A stretch of 35,442 nucleotides of DNA from a virus. Numbering within the stretch: the stretch's first letter is position 1; the number at the start of each line of letters is the position of its first letter. The DNA is taken from UHGV virus genome UHGV-0072042; one strand, 5' to 3'. The notes beneath the pieces were generated by a model, which saw nothing but the letters and a program-made list of their open reading frames with translations, made no database searches and had not been told where the DNA came from. Made by a program: the position numbers and the translations under genes. Shown here one piece after another: positions 18,127-26,926 of the stretch.

Positions 18127-18696
18127 CTACGCTTCTAGCGCTTGATTAATTTTTTTGATTAATTTTTTTCTTTCTTCGACGTTTTTTTCTAATTCATCAC
18201 GACTTCTTAATGCTGCCTCTGTATCTTCATAAGCCGGCAAAGGAACAATAGAAACCTCATATAATTCCACTTCGCTAATTGTTCGAAGCATAGGTTCTGA
18301 ATTGTAGTCCCATGTTTCTTCAGTTGGTACAAATCCAAAACTACATTGATTAATGTCTCCGCGTTCCATAGATTTAACCAAGTCTCTTGCTACCGTTGTG
18401 TCTGGCAAATCGACTTCGAATTTCAAACCATGATCGTCTTCTGACAATCGAAGGGTTCCGCTTTTGGTTCGCCCTAGTACATTAGACCAATCGTGGTTAA
18501 ATAAGCAACGTACATCGGAGTTACTAATCGTTCTAGCAAAAGCGCCTGGTGCAATGACTTCACTCAAATCGTCCCATAATAGTGTTGGGCTATTGAATAC
18601 AGCAGCATATCCACTAATGGTCCTCGTATGAGTTTCTTCATCAGAACGCGTTGAAAGGTTGGTGATGTCAATCGTGCGAATTTCCTTCTTCTTCAT
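18127..18696 (-). CDS. Prohead protease (HK97 family).
   Basis: Position between portal and capsid. Likely ATG at 18696 after AAGGAGGTG. Confidence 0.8.
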   Translation of the reverse strand: MKKKEIRTIDITNLSTRSDEETHTRTISGYAAVFNSPTLLWDDLSEVIAPGAFARTISNSDVRCLFNHDWSNVLGRTKSGTLRLSEDDHGLKFEVDLPDTTVARDLVKSMERGDINQCSFGFVPTEETWDYNSEPMLRTISEVELYEVSIVPLPAYEDTEAALRSRDELEKNVEERKKLIKKINQALEA

Positions 18697-19897
18697 TTCC
18701 ATCACCTCCTTTCAAGTTTTGATCATTCGTTGGTAAGGAATCATCTGTTGCATTTTTCTGGCCAATCCTAGACAAGTCATTTGAAATATAGATAGCTTGT
18801 GTTTCTGGAGTGTTCTGTTTAGGAAAACCAAGCATTTCTGCCACATTATCTGGACTTGTAATCCCAGTACGAACAATGTTGTAGCCAATATTTGTTTTTG
18901 TTGAGTAAGGAACAAAATCCAAAATGTTAATTTTCCATTCCACTCGATAGCCAGAATTAGGCATAAAAAAAAGAGCGGTGTAATGTTCGCTCTTGTTCTT
19001 CAATATTGGTTTGATTGCTTTGTTGTGCAGATACATCATCGCTTTTTCGATGTCTGTTGTCATCAACGATTGATACGTATCAACATTGATTCCTAAAAAT
19101 TTACCTAAGTCTTTTTTATAAACACCTAAATAGTTCAAAATAGCCGCGTCATCAACAGGACTTTTTAACGTCTCGATGGAATATCCTTTTCCCAGAGGAA
19201 TCATCTTAACAGAATGATCACTGTCATTTTGCGTTCCTTCCAGTTGATCCAATATAGCTTTGACAATTTTCGTTTGGGCGCTATTATTTGGATTGATGTG
19301 GGCGTCCAGTTTAAGCATGAACGCGAGTAAACCACCTTTAGTATATTTGTCCGTCAAAACTTTTTCAGCGCTCAGAACGCCTTCCAGAGTGTTTCTTGCA
19401 AGGTCAATTATTCCAGCACCTTTTAATGAATCAGTTCCGATGTTCTTAATATGTCGAATCATTTGACCAGGTATTTTTTGTCCATTCATTTCAAATTCTT
19501 CTTGAAGTCGTTCATTGATTTTAGTGGTTACACCGTATGCCAAATGAAGCTGGTCCCGATCTGTTAATGGGAATGTCTCACCATTGATCAGTAGGGTATT
19601 TGTTTCCAATTTGGTAAATTCGAATCCGGTCAAATAATCATTGGGATTCTTCAAAATTTTTAGCAAGTGGTGGTCCTTCACTTCATTACCGTCTGGACCT
19701 ATGACAACAGGTGAGGACAACGCTACCTGGTTTGAGATATCCTGGACCAATTCATAAACATCAGAAGATTCCATGATAGAGGAATCTGTTACATATCTTT
19801 GACCGTAACGCGTATAGTGGCCAAACATATCCTCGATGTACCCACGCTTTTCCATAAAGGAATAGACTGCATTCGATAACCGATCACGTAATTTCAA
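18668..19897 (-). CDS. Portal protein.
   Basis: 409 aa, follows TerL, acidic C-terminus. Confidence 0.85.
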   Translation of the reverse strand: MKLRDRLSNAVYSFMEKRGYIEDMFGHYTRYGQRYVTDSSIMESSDVYELVQDISNQVALSSPVVIGPDGNEVKDHHLLKILKNPNDYLTGFEFTKLETNTLLINGETFPLTDRDQLHLAYGVTTKINERLQEEFEMNGQKIPGQMIRHIKNIGTDSLKGAGIIDLARNTLEGVLSAEKVLTDKYTKGGLLAFMLKLDAHINPNNSAQTKIVKAILDQLEGTQNDSDHSVKMIPLGKGYSIETLKSPVDDAAILNYLGVYKKDLGKFLGINVDTYQSLMTTDIEKAMMYLHNKAIKPILKNKSEHYTALFFMPNSGYRVEWKINILDFVPYSTKTNIGYNIVRTGITSPDNVAEMLGFPKQNTPETQAIYISNDLSRIGQKNATDDSLPTNDQNLKGGDGNEEEGNSHD

Positions 19898-19918
19898 TAT
19901 TTCTCACCGCCTTTCTAT

Positions 19919-21646
19919 TTATCTATAGATGGAACTAAGGTAATCATCTAATTCATCCGAATCAATATCTGTCATCTGATTCATCGTTTCCTTATGACCA
20001 CACAAAAACGCCACGAAACCATCAATCTTTTTCTTTGATTGACGTTTACTTGGCGCTTTTTGTCCGTTGATGTTAGTGATTGCTACAACGTTCAAGGTGC
20101 AATAAAGGAACAATGGATTATCAAATTGAATTCGTTTCTCATAAAACAACCGTTCGACATCATCAAAAGGAGCGTTCAACACTTTAGGATATTGGGCAAC
20201 CTCAACGCATTCCAATCCTAAGTTCTCCAATTTCTCAACAAGTTTGTCGCTCATCGCTGGATCATAATTCACTTGTTGTATATCGTATAAATCCATGCAG
20301 TCTTCGATGTACTGCAAGATTTGATCTTGATCAATCATTTTACCATCGCAAAATTCAACAAAACCTTGTTCAGCTAAATCGCTGTAAGGCACGTTATCTT
20401 CTTTTTCTCGAAACTCTAAATCTTCATTGGGAATAAAATAAAGCTGCTTCACTTTAAGGACCGCTTTTCCATCTTCATCCCACGTTGGGAAGTTTAAAGA
20501 CACACAGGTCAAATCTCGTGTGCGTGATAAATCCAAACCAATGTAACAAGGTTCACCACTTAAATTTCCAAGCTCTTGGGTAGTAACCAAACACGGCTCT
20601 ACTTGATCCTGTTCAAAGAAATTATCCGCACCGTTTACAAATACATCCAAGTGCTTCGTTAGAAACTCGGCTTTTGAATGGGCTGACCGTTGTGCTGTTT
20701 TAAATGCGGACTCTAAAGCGGAAAGATCGACTGATATTCCCCAGTTAGGATTGCACATTTCCCAGACTTTTCTATCGGTCCAATCATAGTTTTTATTTGG
20801 CTCATAGATTAGAACAAAGTTCGAATCATTATCATCACGTTTCAGCACTTCTTTTGCTTCGCGATATACGCGCATCCCAACAGACGACGAACCTTTCCCA
20901 GCAGTTGATATATTAAACATCAATGGCTGTGGTAAAGAGATTTGGGCAGACTTAAAATTGTCATACTGTTCCATCTTCTCTTGCTTATGCAATTCATCAT
21001 TCAACACAAAATATGGATTGGATCCCTCGATATTATCAATATTCTTCGTTTGAACAATAAATTTATTCGAATAAGCCATATCTTCATGAATATAATCATA
21101 AGTAATACTAGAAACAGTCCCCTTTGGTCCTTTAAATATTTTAGTTCCTTCAAGTAGAATTGGATTATTTAAGATTGTAGCTGCAAAAGGTTTGGCAGCA
21201 TATTGAGCTTGAGCAAAGTCAGAAGCGCATGCATAACAATCGACTGACAAAGCACCTTCTCCATACATTGCATAGCCTAATGAACCGACAGCGATCAATG
21301 TTTTACCGTTCTTTTTAGGGATTTGGACATACGCTTCACGAGTAACACGGACAATTTGCCCTTTTTCATTTTCTTTAACCCATCCATACATCCACGAGTA
21401 AATAAATTTTTCCCAAGGTTCTAAAATGAATGGCTTTCCAACCATCTCACCTTTTGTGTGAACAATAAACGACTCAACCCAGTCCATCATTTCATTCGCA
21501 CGATCTACATCAAACCAAATATCTTTACGTTTTTTCCACCGATACAAACGATCCACTGCCAAACGAACAGTTTTAGGATATTTCCCAGGTTTCTTTCTTA
21601 CTTCTTTTGCAAATAAATCAGCATAATTTACACCAGGTTCAATCAT
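19919..21646 (-). CDS. terL: Terminase large subunit.
   Basis: 575 aa. ATPase Walker-A-like PKKNGKT. ATGA overlap with terS. Confidence 0.9.
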   Translation of the reverse strand: MIEPGVNYADLFAKEVRKKPGKYPKTVRLAVDRLYRWKKRKDIWFDVDRANEMMDWVESFIVHTKGEMVGKPFILEPWEKFIYSWMYGWVKENEKGQIVRVTREAYVQIPKKNGKTLIAVGSLGYAMYGEGALSVDCYACASDFAQAQYAAKPFAATILNNPILLEGTKIFKGPKGTVSSITYDYIHEDMAYSNKFIVQTKNIDNIEGSNPYFVLNDELHKQEKMEQYDNFKSAQISLPQPLMFNISTAGKGSSSVGMRVYREAKEVLKRDDNDSNFVLIYEPNKNYDWTDRKVWEMCNPNWGISVDLSALESAFKTAQRSAHSKAEFLTKHLDVFVNGADNFFEQDQVEPCLVTTQELGNLSGEPCYIGLDLSRTRDLTCVSLNFPTWDEDGKAVLKVKQLYFIPNEDLEFREKEDNVPYSDLAEQGFVEFCDGKMIDQDQILQYIEDCMDLYDIQQVNYDPAMSDKLVEKLENLGLECVEVAQYPKVLNAPFDDVERLFYEKRIQFDNPLFLYCTLNVVAITNINGQKAPSKRQSKKKIDGFVAFLCGHKETMNQMTDIDSDELDDYLSSIYR

Positions 21647-22107
21647 TTTTCAGCACCTGCCTTCTTACGCCATTTATTTCTGTGCGCTGCTAGTTCATCT
21701 ACTGGCTTTACTTCTGGACGTGTAATTTCTTCATCTTTTCTTGCGGTCGATCCTCCAGTAATTTGTCTACCAGTTTTTGCTTTGTTTGTTAATCCTAATA
21801 AATCTAGAGCTTTCATCTTCTTATCTGCCCAAGTTTCTACTTGTTGTGCCAATGGATGTTTTGATTGATTAGTAGCTCCTGATTTATTCGTGAATTTTTG
21901 CGTCTCCGGAAATCCTTTTTCCTTCCACAATAAATATTTGTGTTGGTAAATTTCAAAAATATCCAAGTATGATTCGATTAATGGATCAAGAGTGATGGTG
22001 TACAAATCAGACAAATTCATTATTTCTAAGATACGAGCTTTTTCAGCACTTACTTTTTCATCAATAATTGCTTTACGTTGCGCTTTAGTCGTCATTTTTG
22101 TATGCAC
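21643..22107 (-). CDS. terS: Terminase small subunit (P27-family-like).
   Basis: 154 aa, basic. Directly upstream of terL and downstream of HNH. Confidence 0.75.
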   Translation of the reverse strand: MHTKMTTKAQRKAIIDEKVSAEKARILEIMNLSDLYTITLDPLIESYLDIFEIYQHKYLLWKEKGFPETQKFTNKSGATNQSKHPLAQQVETWADKKMKALDLLGLTNKAKTGRQITGGSTARKDEEITRPEVKPVDELAAHRNKWRKKAGAEK

Positions 22108-22206
22108 CCCCCTTTGTTTTTTGAAAAATTTGACCTAACGATGCGCGTGACTCCCCGCTACCCTATCTCCCCACGCGAAAAAATTTTTAAAATGGATAGG
22201 GGGGCT
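22108..22206. other. Putative cos site / terminase recognition region.
   Basis: Intergenic region between HNH and terS. C6/G6 runs. Inverted repeat CCCTATC (22150-22156) / GATAGGG (22184-22190) bracketing palindromic AAAAAATTTTTAAAA. Confidence 0.4.
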
Positions 22207-22587
22207 TCAATTGAAATACGAAGGGAAAACCTTTTTGTCTTCCGTTTCGTTTTCAACAATTGGATGACATTTTGAACATAAAAGCATGAGATTGTTTGGA
22301 TCAAGCTTAAGCAGTTCATTGTCTTTGATGGGTACAATGTGATGTACGTGTGCCCTCTTGCCAAAGATAAACTGACCGCATCGCTGACAGTGACCACCTT
22401 CTCTTTCATAAATAAATTGACGCATATCCTTCCATGCCTGTGTTCGATAGAATGGTTTGTTCTCATGATGATAAACAGACTTTGCTTGTTGCTTCTTCTT
22501 ACGTGATTTGCTTGATCGCTTGTGTTCAGCACAATAGATCCCCTTTGCTATTTTGTTCGTGCATCCGTCAAACTGACAGTATTTCAT
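22207..22587 (-). CDS. HNH endonuclease (packaging-associated).
   Basis: CQRCG...HVHHIVP...N...LCSKCH. Canonical position upstream of terS in cos-type HK97-like phages. Confidence 0.85.
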   Translation of the reverse strand: MKYCQFDGCTNKIAKGIYCAEHKRSSKSRKKKQQAKSVYHHENKPFYRTQAWKDMRQFIYEREGGHCQRCGQFIFGKRAHVHHIVPIKDNELLKLDPNNLMLLCSKCHPIVENETEDKKVFPSYFN

Positions 22588-22985
22588 TCTGCTTCACGAA
22601 TAAGATTTATGATATCGCCTTTTGCACGGATAGCACCAGGAATATCAATACCATGTTTCTTAGCATATGCACGCAATTCTTTTGCAGTCATATTGTCCAG
22701 TTCATCCGTATCTTCAGTGGACTGATCATTAGTAGCTTCGTCTCCATCAAAATCAGCAGCAGTGTTTCCATCGCTATCTAATTCTTCTCCTGATAAATGA
22801 ATTTCTTCACCACTCTTGAACAAGACACCATCACCAACGATTGCCTTGGCAAATACAGTCATATCAGTCTGTTCACTTGTATCAAATTTAGGTTCTTGAC
22901 CTTTCGGAACTACAACAGTCTTTTTCTTTTCTGAATCCCAATACTCCGTTCCTGTGATGGATGTTCTAATTTTGATCATTGCCAT
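22584..22985 (-). CDS. Hypothetical protein with a C-terminal Rho-N/SAP-like helix-extension-helix motif.
   Basis: C-terminus TAKELRAYAKKHGIDIPGAIRAKGDIINLI. Confidence 0.55.
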   Translation of the reverse strand: MAMIKIRTSITGTEYWDSEKKKTVVVPKGQEPKFDTSEQTDMTVFAKAIVGDGVLFKSGEEIHLSGEELDSDGNTAADFDGDEATNDQSTEDTDELDNMTAKELRAYAKKHGIDIPGAIRAKGDIINLIREAE

Positions 22986-23313
22986 TTTGATTCTCTCCTT
23001 TGTAATTTGTACTGATTACTTTTGCACCCATTCGCTCATACCATTCAACCTGCTCTTGTAAGTTTGGCAATGTTCTAGAAAGCAATGTGATAGTTAATTT
23101 CGAATGACCTCGTACTCCATCAGTAATATCAACATTGCAATAATTACCATTCCATACTGGCTTGATATTGCTGATCACAATATTTCCATCGCCATCTTTT
23201 ATTTCGTTTTTAATCCAATGCCTACTGTTATCATCTTCAATTGCTTTTTTATAAACTTGCCCCATACCCGCTGGAACATCAAAAGTAAGTACAGCCTCAT
23301 GAAAATCATTCAT
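22966..23313 (-). CDS. Hypothetical protein (115 aa).
   Basis: AAGGAG RBS, then 8 nt, then ATG at 23313. Confidence 0.5.
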   Translation of the reverse strand: MNDFHEAVLTFDVPAGMGQVYKKAIEDDNSRHWIKNEIKDGDGNIVISNIKPVWNGNYCNVDITDGVRGHSKLTITLLSRTLPNLQEQVEWYERMGAKVISTNYKGENQNGNDQN

Positions 23314-23373
23314 AGATAAAACTCCTTTCAAAATAAAAGAAGAGAAGCCTGATATACATCAGACTTCTCACAC

Positions 23374-23670
23374 CTATTTTATCCAATCTCTAATTTCTTT
23401 TGCCATTTTATATGTTTTAGAAAATGTTGAGTTCTCTGCTAAAAAAATTTCGCCTTTTTCAGTCAGTTTTAAAAATCTATAAGTAGCAGGTAATAAAACA
23501 TTGCTACCGTAAGTTCCACCAACAATGTAACTTTCATTTTTCAAAAAATTTAACTGGTCATTAAATTGTTCTTCTGAAATTCCCAATATACCAAAATCAA
23601 GATTTTCGTAATTTCCATTTTCAATTTCTTTTAAAATGGCATATCGTATTTTTTGGTTTTCTTTTATCAT
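23374..23670 (-). CDS. YjcQ-like phage protein.
   Basis: KIRYAILKEIENG N-terminus. AAAGGAGG RBS. Confidence 0.55.
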   Translation of the reverse strand: MIKENQKIRYAILKEIENGNYENLDFGILGISEEQFNDQLNFLKNESYIVGGTYGSNVLLPATYRFLKLTEKGEIFLAENSTFSKTYKMAKEIRDWIK

Positions 23671-23698
23671 TTATGAATAGCCTCCTTTTCATAAATGA

Positions 23699-23707
23699 AT
23701 TATACCA
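23699..23707 (-). promoter_or_regulatory. Extended -10 promoter element TGGTATAAT on the minus strand, about 29 nt upstream of the YjcQ-like gene. Possible start of the packaging/late transcript.
   Basis: Reverse complement of + strand ATTATACCA at 23699-23707. Confidence 0.4.
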
Positions 23708-23823
23708 TTTAAACAATTCATTTTGCTCATTGTAAAACAATAATAAACAGTAGCCATTGATAGAATAGATAAACACGAAAATTTAAAAGAAACTTTTCCA
23801 TTTCCTTTTAGTTTATTTTTGAT

Positions 23824-23984
23824 TATTGCTGTCTAATCAAAGCAATAGAAAAGAGCCACAGATACCAATTAATAAAACAGTTGGGATATCTTGGCTCTTT
23901 CATATTTTTTTGACACTAATAGAATATCATGCTGCAAACAATGTTTACATAGCTACAATGTTCGAACATTTAGTGAACATTGTA
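23824..23984. promoter_or_regulatory. Regulatory region immediately downstream of arpU carrying three inverted-repeat elements and repeated ACAATGTT motifs.
   Basis: TATTGCT/AGCAATA (23824-23847). AAAGAGCCA/TGGCTCTTT (23850-23900). ACAATGTT at 23937 and 23955. 14-bp perfect palindrome AATGTTCGAACATT (23957-23970) plus GAACATTGT (23975-23983). Confidence 0.5.
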
Positions 23985-23987
23985 ATT

Positions 23988-24464
23988 TTAGAATAAAGAC
24001 AGCTGTTCTTTGTACTTCTCGCTATTGTAGAACTCGATTTCACTTTCTTTTTTACATCGATCAGCACGTCTTTGCTCATACTCGTCTATAAAATTCAGAG
24101 TTTTTCTTATTTCTGCATGTCGCTGTCTAACATACGATGGAGCGTAGTCGATTTCCTCTGCGATGTCTTCCAGCTTCATTCCGTCAATATATTTCATCTT
24201 TATGATTTGATTATCAATACCAGAAAAGCTATCTATTAGTAATAGCATTTCTTCCTTTTGTTCATTTAATAGTCTCAATTCATTTTCTATCTTTTTGATG
24301 TTTTCTTCTAAAGAAGCTGATCTAGAATTTTTTTCGATACGGACGTCTGCTAAATCTCCATTGACCCATCGATTCAATTCAAGCTTACTTTTATTAAGAT
24401 TCCACTTTAAGTAAAGAATCTGCTCATCAAGTTCTTGATAATCTTTTAACCACTGAAATCTCAC
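23988..24464 (-). CDS. arpU: ArpU-family late transcriptional regulator (sigma-70 region-4-like HTH).
   Basis: LEDIAEEIDYAPSYVRQRHAEIRKTL HTH. Position just upstream of the packaging genes. Probable start at the second GTG (24464). Confidence 0.7.
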   Translation of the reverse strand: MRFQWLKDYQELDEQILYLKWNLNKSKLELNRWVNGDLADVRIEKNSRSASLEENIKKIENELRLLNEQKEEMLLLIDSFSGIDNQIIKMKYIDGMKLEDIAEEIDYAPSYVRQRHAEIRKTLNFIDEYEQRRADRCKKESEIEFYNSEKYKEQLSLF

Positions 24465-24526
24465 AAACGCCACCCCTTATATGATAAAATAGTATTGCGC
24501 TGCTATCTCGAAAGAGGTGGCTTTTT

Positions 24527-24613
24527 TTATTTTTTCTTAGCCGTTCCATTCTGGATTGCCTTTTGTTCCAAACGACGTTTTTTCTTCTTGATTTTCGATT
24601 TTGTTTTTCCCAT
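24527..24613 (-). CDS. Small Lys/Arg-rich peptide (28 aa) directly upstream of arpU.
   Basis: AAAGGAtgtttgtATG; MGKTKSKIKKKKRRLEQKAIQNGTAKKK. Confidence 0.3.
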   Translation of the reverse strand: MGKTKSKIKKKKRRLEQKAIQNGTAKKK

Positions 24614-24754
24614 ACAAACATCCTTTCTGGAATATATATCGTTCGATTTTTACTGTTTAACAAGAGATGACCAAATTTTATTGTTCGCTTTGAATCATCT
24701 CTTTGAAAAAATTTTAGTATTTTTGTAAGACCCCCTAAATCAGCTTTTTTTATT

Positions 24755-24763
24755 TGATATAAT
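24755..24763 (+). promoter_or_regulatory. Extended -10 promoter TGaTATAAT driving the reverse-oriented moron gene.
   Basis: TATAAT at 24758-24763 with TG at -15/-14. RBS GAGGTGA follows 35 nt downstream. Confidence 0.55.
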
Positions 24764-24809
24764 ATCTTCACAAGGTATTTTACTTGTAAATTAAATCGAG
24801 GTGATAATA

Positions 24810-25238
24810 ATGGAAATTGAAAATTTTGAACAAAAAAAACAGATTTTATCAAATTTATTAATTGATGGTTTTGATAACGCAAACTATTCACATAAACTTT
24901 TATTTAAAAGCGAGCTAGATGATGAAAAAGAATTTGATAAGCAAAAAGACTTAATGTGCGCCTTAACGTATTTAAATCAGGCTCACGCCAGCTTCACAAA
25001 TGCCTACACCTTTATTGCTCTTAACGATGAACTTCTTGGTGGTCGTCAAGAATTTGACAACATATTACATCAGTTCACTGAATTTAATACAGAATTCTTA
25101 AATAATGTACGAACCAACCACAGCCATCAATGGAGTGATATAGAATTTAAGCGTTTAGTAGATTTCTTTGAAGCAGCAAGCGGTTTATTAAATGGCCACG
25201 AAAGAATTCAAGGTCTGATTAATGAGGCTAGAAAATAG
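24810..25238 (+). CDS. Moron: hypothetical protein of about 143 aa, probably all alpha-helical. Transcribed opposite to the flanking phage operons.
   Basis: ATG at 24810 with RBS GAGGTGAtaataATG. Has its own promoter and terminator. No recognisable motif. Confidence 0.7.
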   Translation: MEIENFEQKKQILSNLLIDGFDNANYSHKLLFKSELDDEKEFDKQKDLMCALTYLNQAHASFTNAYTFIALNDELLGGRQEFDNILHQFTEFNTEFLNNVRTNHSHQWSDIEFKRLVDFFEAASGLLNGHERIQGLINEARK

Positions 25239-25254
25239 ACAATAATTGTTTCCC

Positions 25255-25290
25255 AGCCGACCTTACACGTCGGCTTTTTTTGCTTTTTTT
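25255..25290 (+). terminator. Rho-independent terminator for the moron.
   Basis: AGCCGAC-cttacac-GTCGGCT followed by TTTTTTTGCTTTTTTT. Confidence 0.75.
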
Positions 25291-25345
25291 AACATTTCTA
25301 ACTATTTAGCCGAGCAACTATTATTCGTTACGCGATATTCTTTTT

Positions 25346-25543
25346 TTATTTATCCCATTTGGTAAAAATCATTGGTTCCGGCATAATCTGATCATCCTTT
25401 AGCAACGCATCAGGATATTTTTTCCTTAGCTTCTTATTATTCGTATATGTTTTAAGCAACCATTGACTTGCTTCACTTTTGCTTTCACCGGAAAAATAAA
25501 TTTTCCCTGTTTGGATGCCTGCAAGTTGAATCATCATTTCCAC
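25346..25543 (-). CDS. Hypothetical early protein (65 aa).
   Basis: ORF in an operon context. Confidence 0.4.
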   Translation of the reverse strand: MEMMIQLAGIQTGKIYFSGESKSEASQWLLKTYTNNKKLRKKYPDALLKDDQIMPEPMIFTKWDK

Positions 25544-25544
25544 C

Positions 25545-25733
25545 TCAAATTAGATTTTTTTCTGCTAAATGGAGCAAAAGTAATCCGACATCAAGAATCT
25601 TTTGATCCATTATTTCAGCTACTTTGCTCGGCTTAACTCCTTGAGAAAAGAGCAAGCGTGCTTGCTCTATCTCTTCGTGAGTCCAAATAAATTTGGCTTC
25701 CTCAAGGATAATTACTGGATCAGTTGATCTCAT
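25545..25733 (-). CDS. Hypothetical early protein (62 aa), HTH-like.
   Basis: IEQARLLFSQGVKPSKVAEIMDQKILDV. Confidence 0.4.
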   Translation of the reverse strand: MRSTDPVIILEEAKFIWTHEEIEQARLLFSQGVKPSKVAEIMDQKILDVGLLLLHLAEKNLI

Positions 25734-26305
25734 TGTTCCTCTGGAAAAATGATGTCTTCCTTATGTTTGGACCAGCTATCTGCATATGGAGCAAAGTATT
25801 GTCTAGCTAGTTCGATTTGATCAATTAAAGCAGTCTCTGATAATTCATGATCTGCAGCAATTTCACTCATACTATCGCCTTCATCTAAACGGATAAGAAC
25901 GTCTCGAATATTTACGGTGACATTTTCTGGTAGTTGTAATGTCGTTGCTGTTTTAATAAATTCATCAATCGTTTCCTTTGATACTAGGATTTTCACATTT
26001 TCAACTTCTTCTACTCCATCACCTACATCAAGTGAAGTCTGCTCTTCTTTAAGCATGTCGATTGTGCCATCAGCATTTACAACGTATTCGACATTCGGTT
26101 TTTTCGTTTGTTTATTTACTGGCACTGTGTATTCGATAGTTTCTGGCTGGATTACTACAGTCACTGTTGAGCCAAGAAATTCAGTTAAATTTTCAGTACT
26201 ACCTCTCAATGATCCGTTGCTAACAACTAGTAATACTTCTGTGTTCCCATTTGATTTTGATGTTACTTTCTTTAATTCTGGTCTGAAATTCACCTGTTTT
26301 GTCAT
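25730..26305 (-). CDS. Hypothetical early protein (191 aa) with a C-terminal HTH-like segment.
   Basis: DSMSEIAADHELSETALIDQIELARQ. Confidence 0.5.
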   Translation of the reverse strand: MTKQVNFRPELKKVTSKSNGNTEVLLVVSNGSLRGSTENLTEFLGSTVTVVIQPETIEYTVPVNKQTKKPNVEYVVNADGTIDMLKEEQTSLDVGDGVEEVENVKILVSKETIDEFIKTATTLQLPENVTVNIRDVLIRLDEGDSMSEIAADHELSETALIDQIELARQYFAPYADSWSKHKEDIIFPEEQ

Positions 26306-26306
26306 T

Positions 26307-26762
26307 TTATTTTCCCTCCATTAATTTCTTTTTTCTTCGTTCCGTTTGTCTTTTCCGCTGCTGTCTTGCTGATTCAAAGCAGTCCATTTCAATGAATTTA
26401 TTGATTTTTGAATCGAACTTAGCAAATGTCACTGGAAAGCCGTATCGATGAGCAAACATTTTCATTTTCAGCATAGAGATTGCGTCTTGATAACCTTTCA
26501 CATCGATCACTTTTTTTACTTGGCCATTTTCATAGATTACAAAATCGGCTCTATAATAAATCGGTGCAATCTTACGATCATTGCATAGATAACCTTCTTG
26601 CAGCAGAACATTTTCTTGCATGGCACAGTAGGTTTCAGATAATGGCATGAAGCTCATACCGTTTCGTTTTAGTTTCATGTAATAACGAGCCTCTGCCTTT
26701 GAATCAAATGTGATGCCGTCTACTTCGTGCTTTTTGTTTCCGTATTTGCTTCTGGTTGCCAT
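26307..26762 (-). CDS. DUF1064-family phage protein (putative nuclease/resolvase-like).
   Basis: N-terminal SKYGNKKHEVDGITFDSKAEARYYMKL signature. AAGGAG RBS. Confidence 0.6.
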   Translation of the reverse strand: MATRSKYGNKKHEVDGITFDSKAEARYYMKLKRNGMSFMPLSETYCAMQENVLLQEGYLCNDRKIAPIYYRADFVIYENGQVKKVIDVKGYQDAISMLKMKMFAHRYGFPVTFAKFDSKINKFIEMDCFESARQQRKRQTERRKKKLMEGK

Positions 26763-26926
26763 TTGCTATGCTCCTTCTTTAGTCTTTCGAGTCGCTCTTT
26801 CGAACGTCGTCCATTTTCATTACATATTGGACAAGGTTCACAAGTTGACCATCCAAGCGATGTCTTATACCAAATAACTGTTTCATCGTTGCATTTTAAA
26901 CAAGTCATTTTGCACCTCTCATCCAT
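26720..26926 (-). CDS. Small zinc-ribbon protein.
   Basis: CLKCN...CEPCPICN (two CxxC pairs). Confidence 0.45.
   Translation of the reverse strand: MDERCKMTCLKCNDETVIWYKTSLGWSTCEPCPICNENGRRSKERLERLKKEHSKWQPEANTETKSTK

Noticed and set aside
22137-22145. Recurrence of the attP motif GGGGAGTCA near the cos region
   Set aside because: A single 9-mer occurrence. The chance expectation is not negligible in 70 kb of two-strand sequence, and there is no tandem arrangement as at attP.
22158-22532. 124-aa ORF overlapping the HNH gene in another frame
   Set aside because: Entirely nested in the HNH coding region and the cos gap. HNH has clear motifs.
24427-24891. 154-aa minus-strand ORF spanning the arpU-moron intergenic region
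   Set aside because: Overlaps the arpU start, the divergent promoter region and the moron RBS. No RBS of its own and a low-complexity translation. The short 28-aa frame with an RBS is more plausible.
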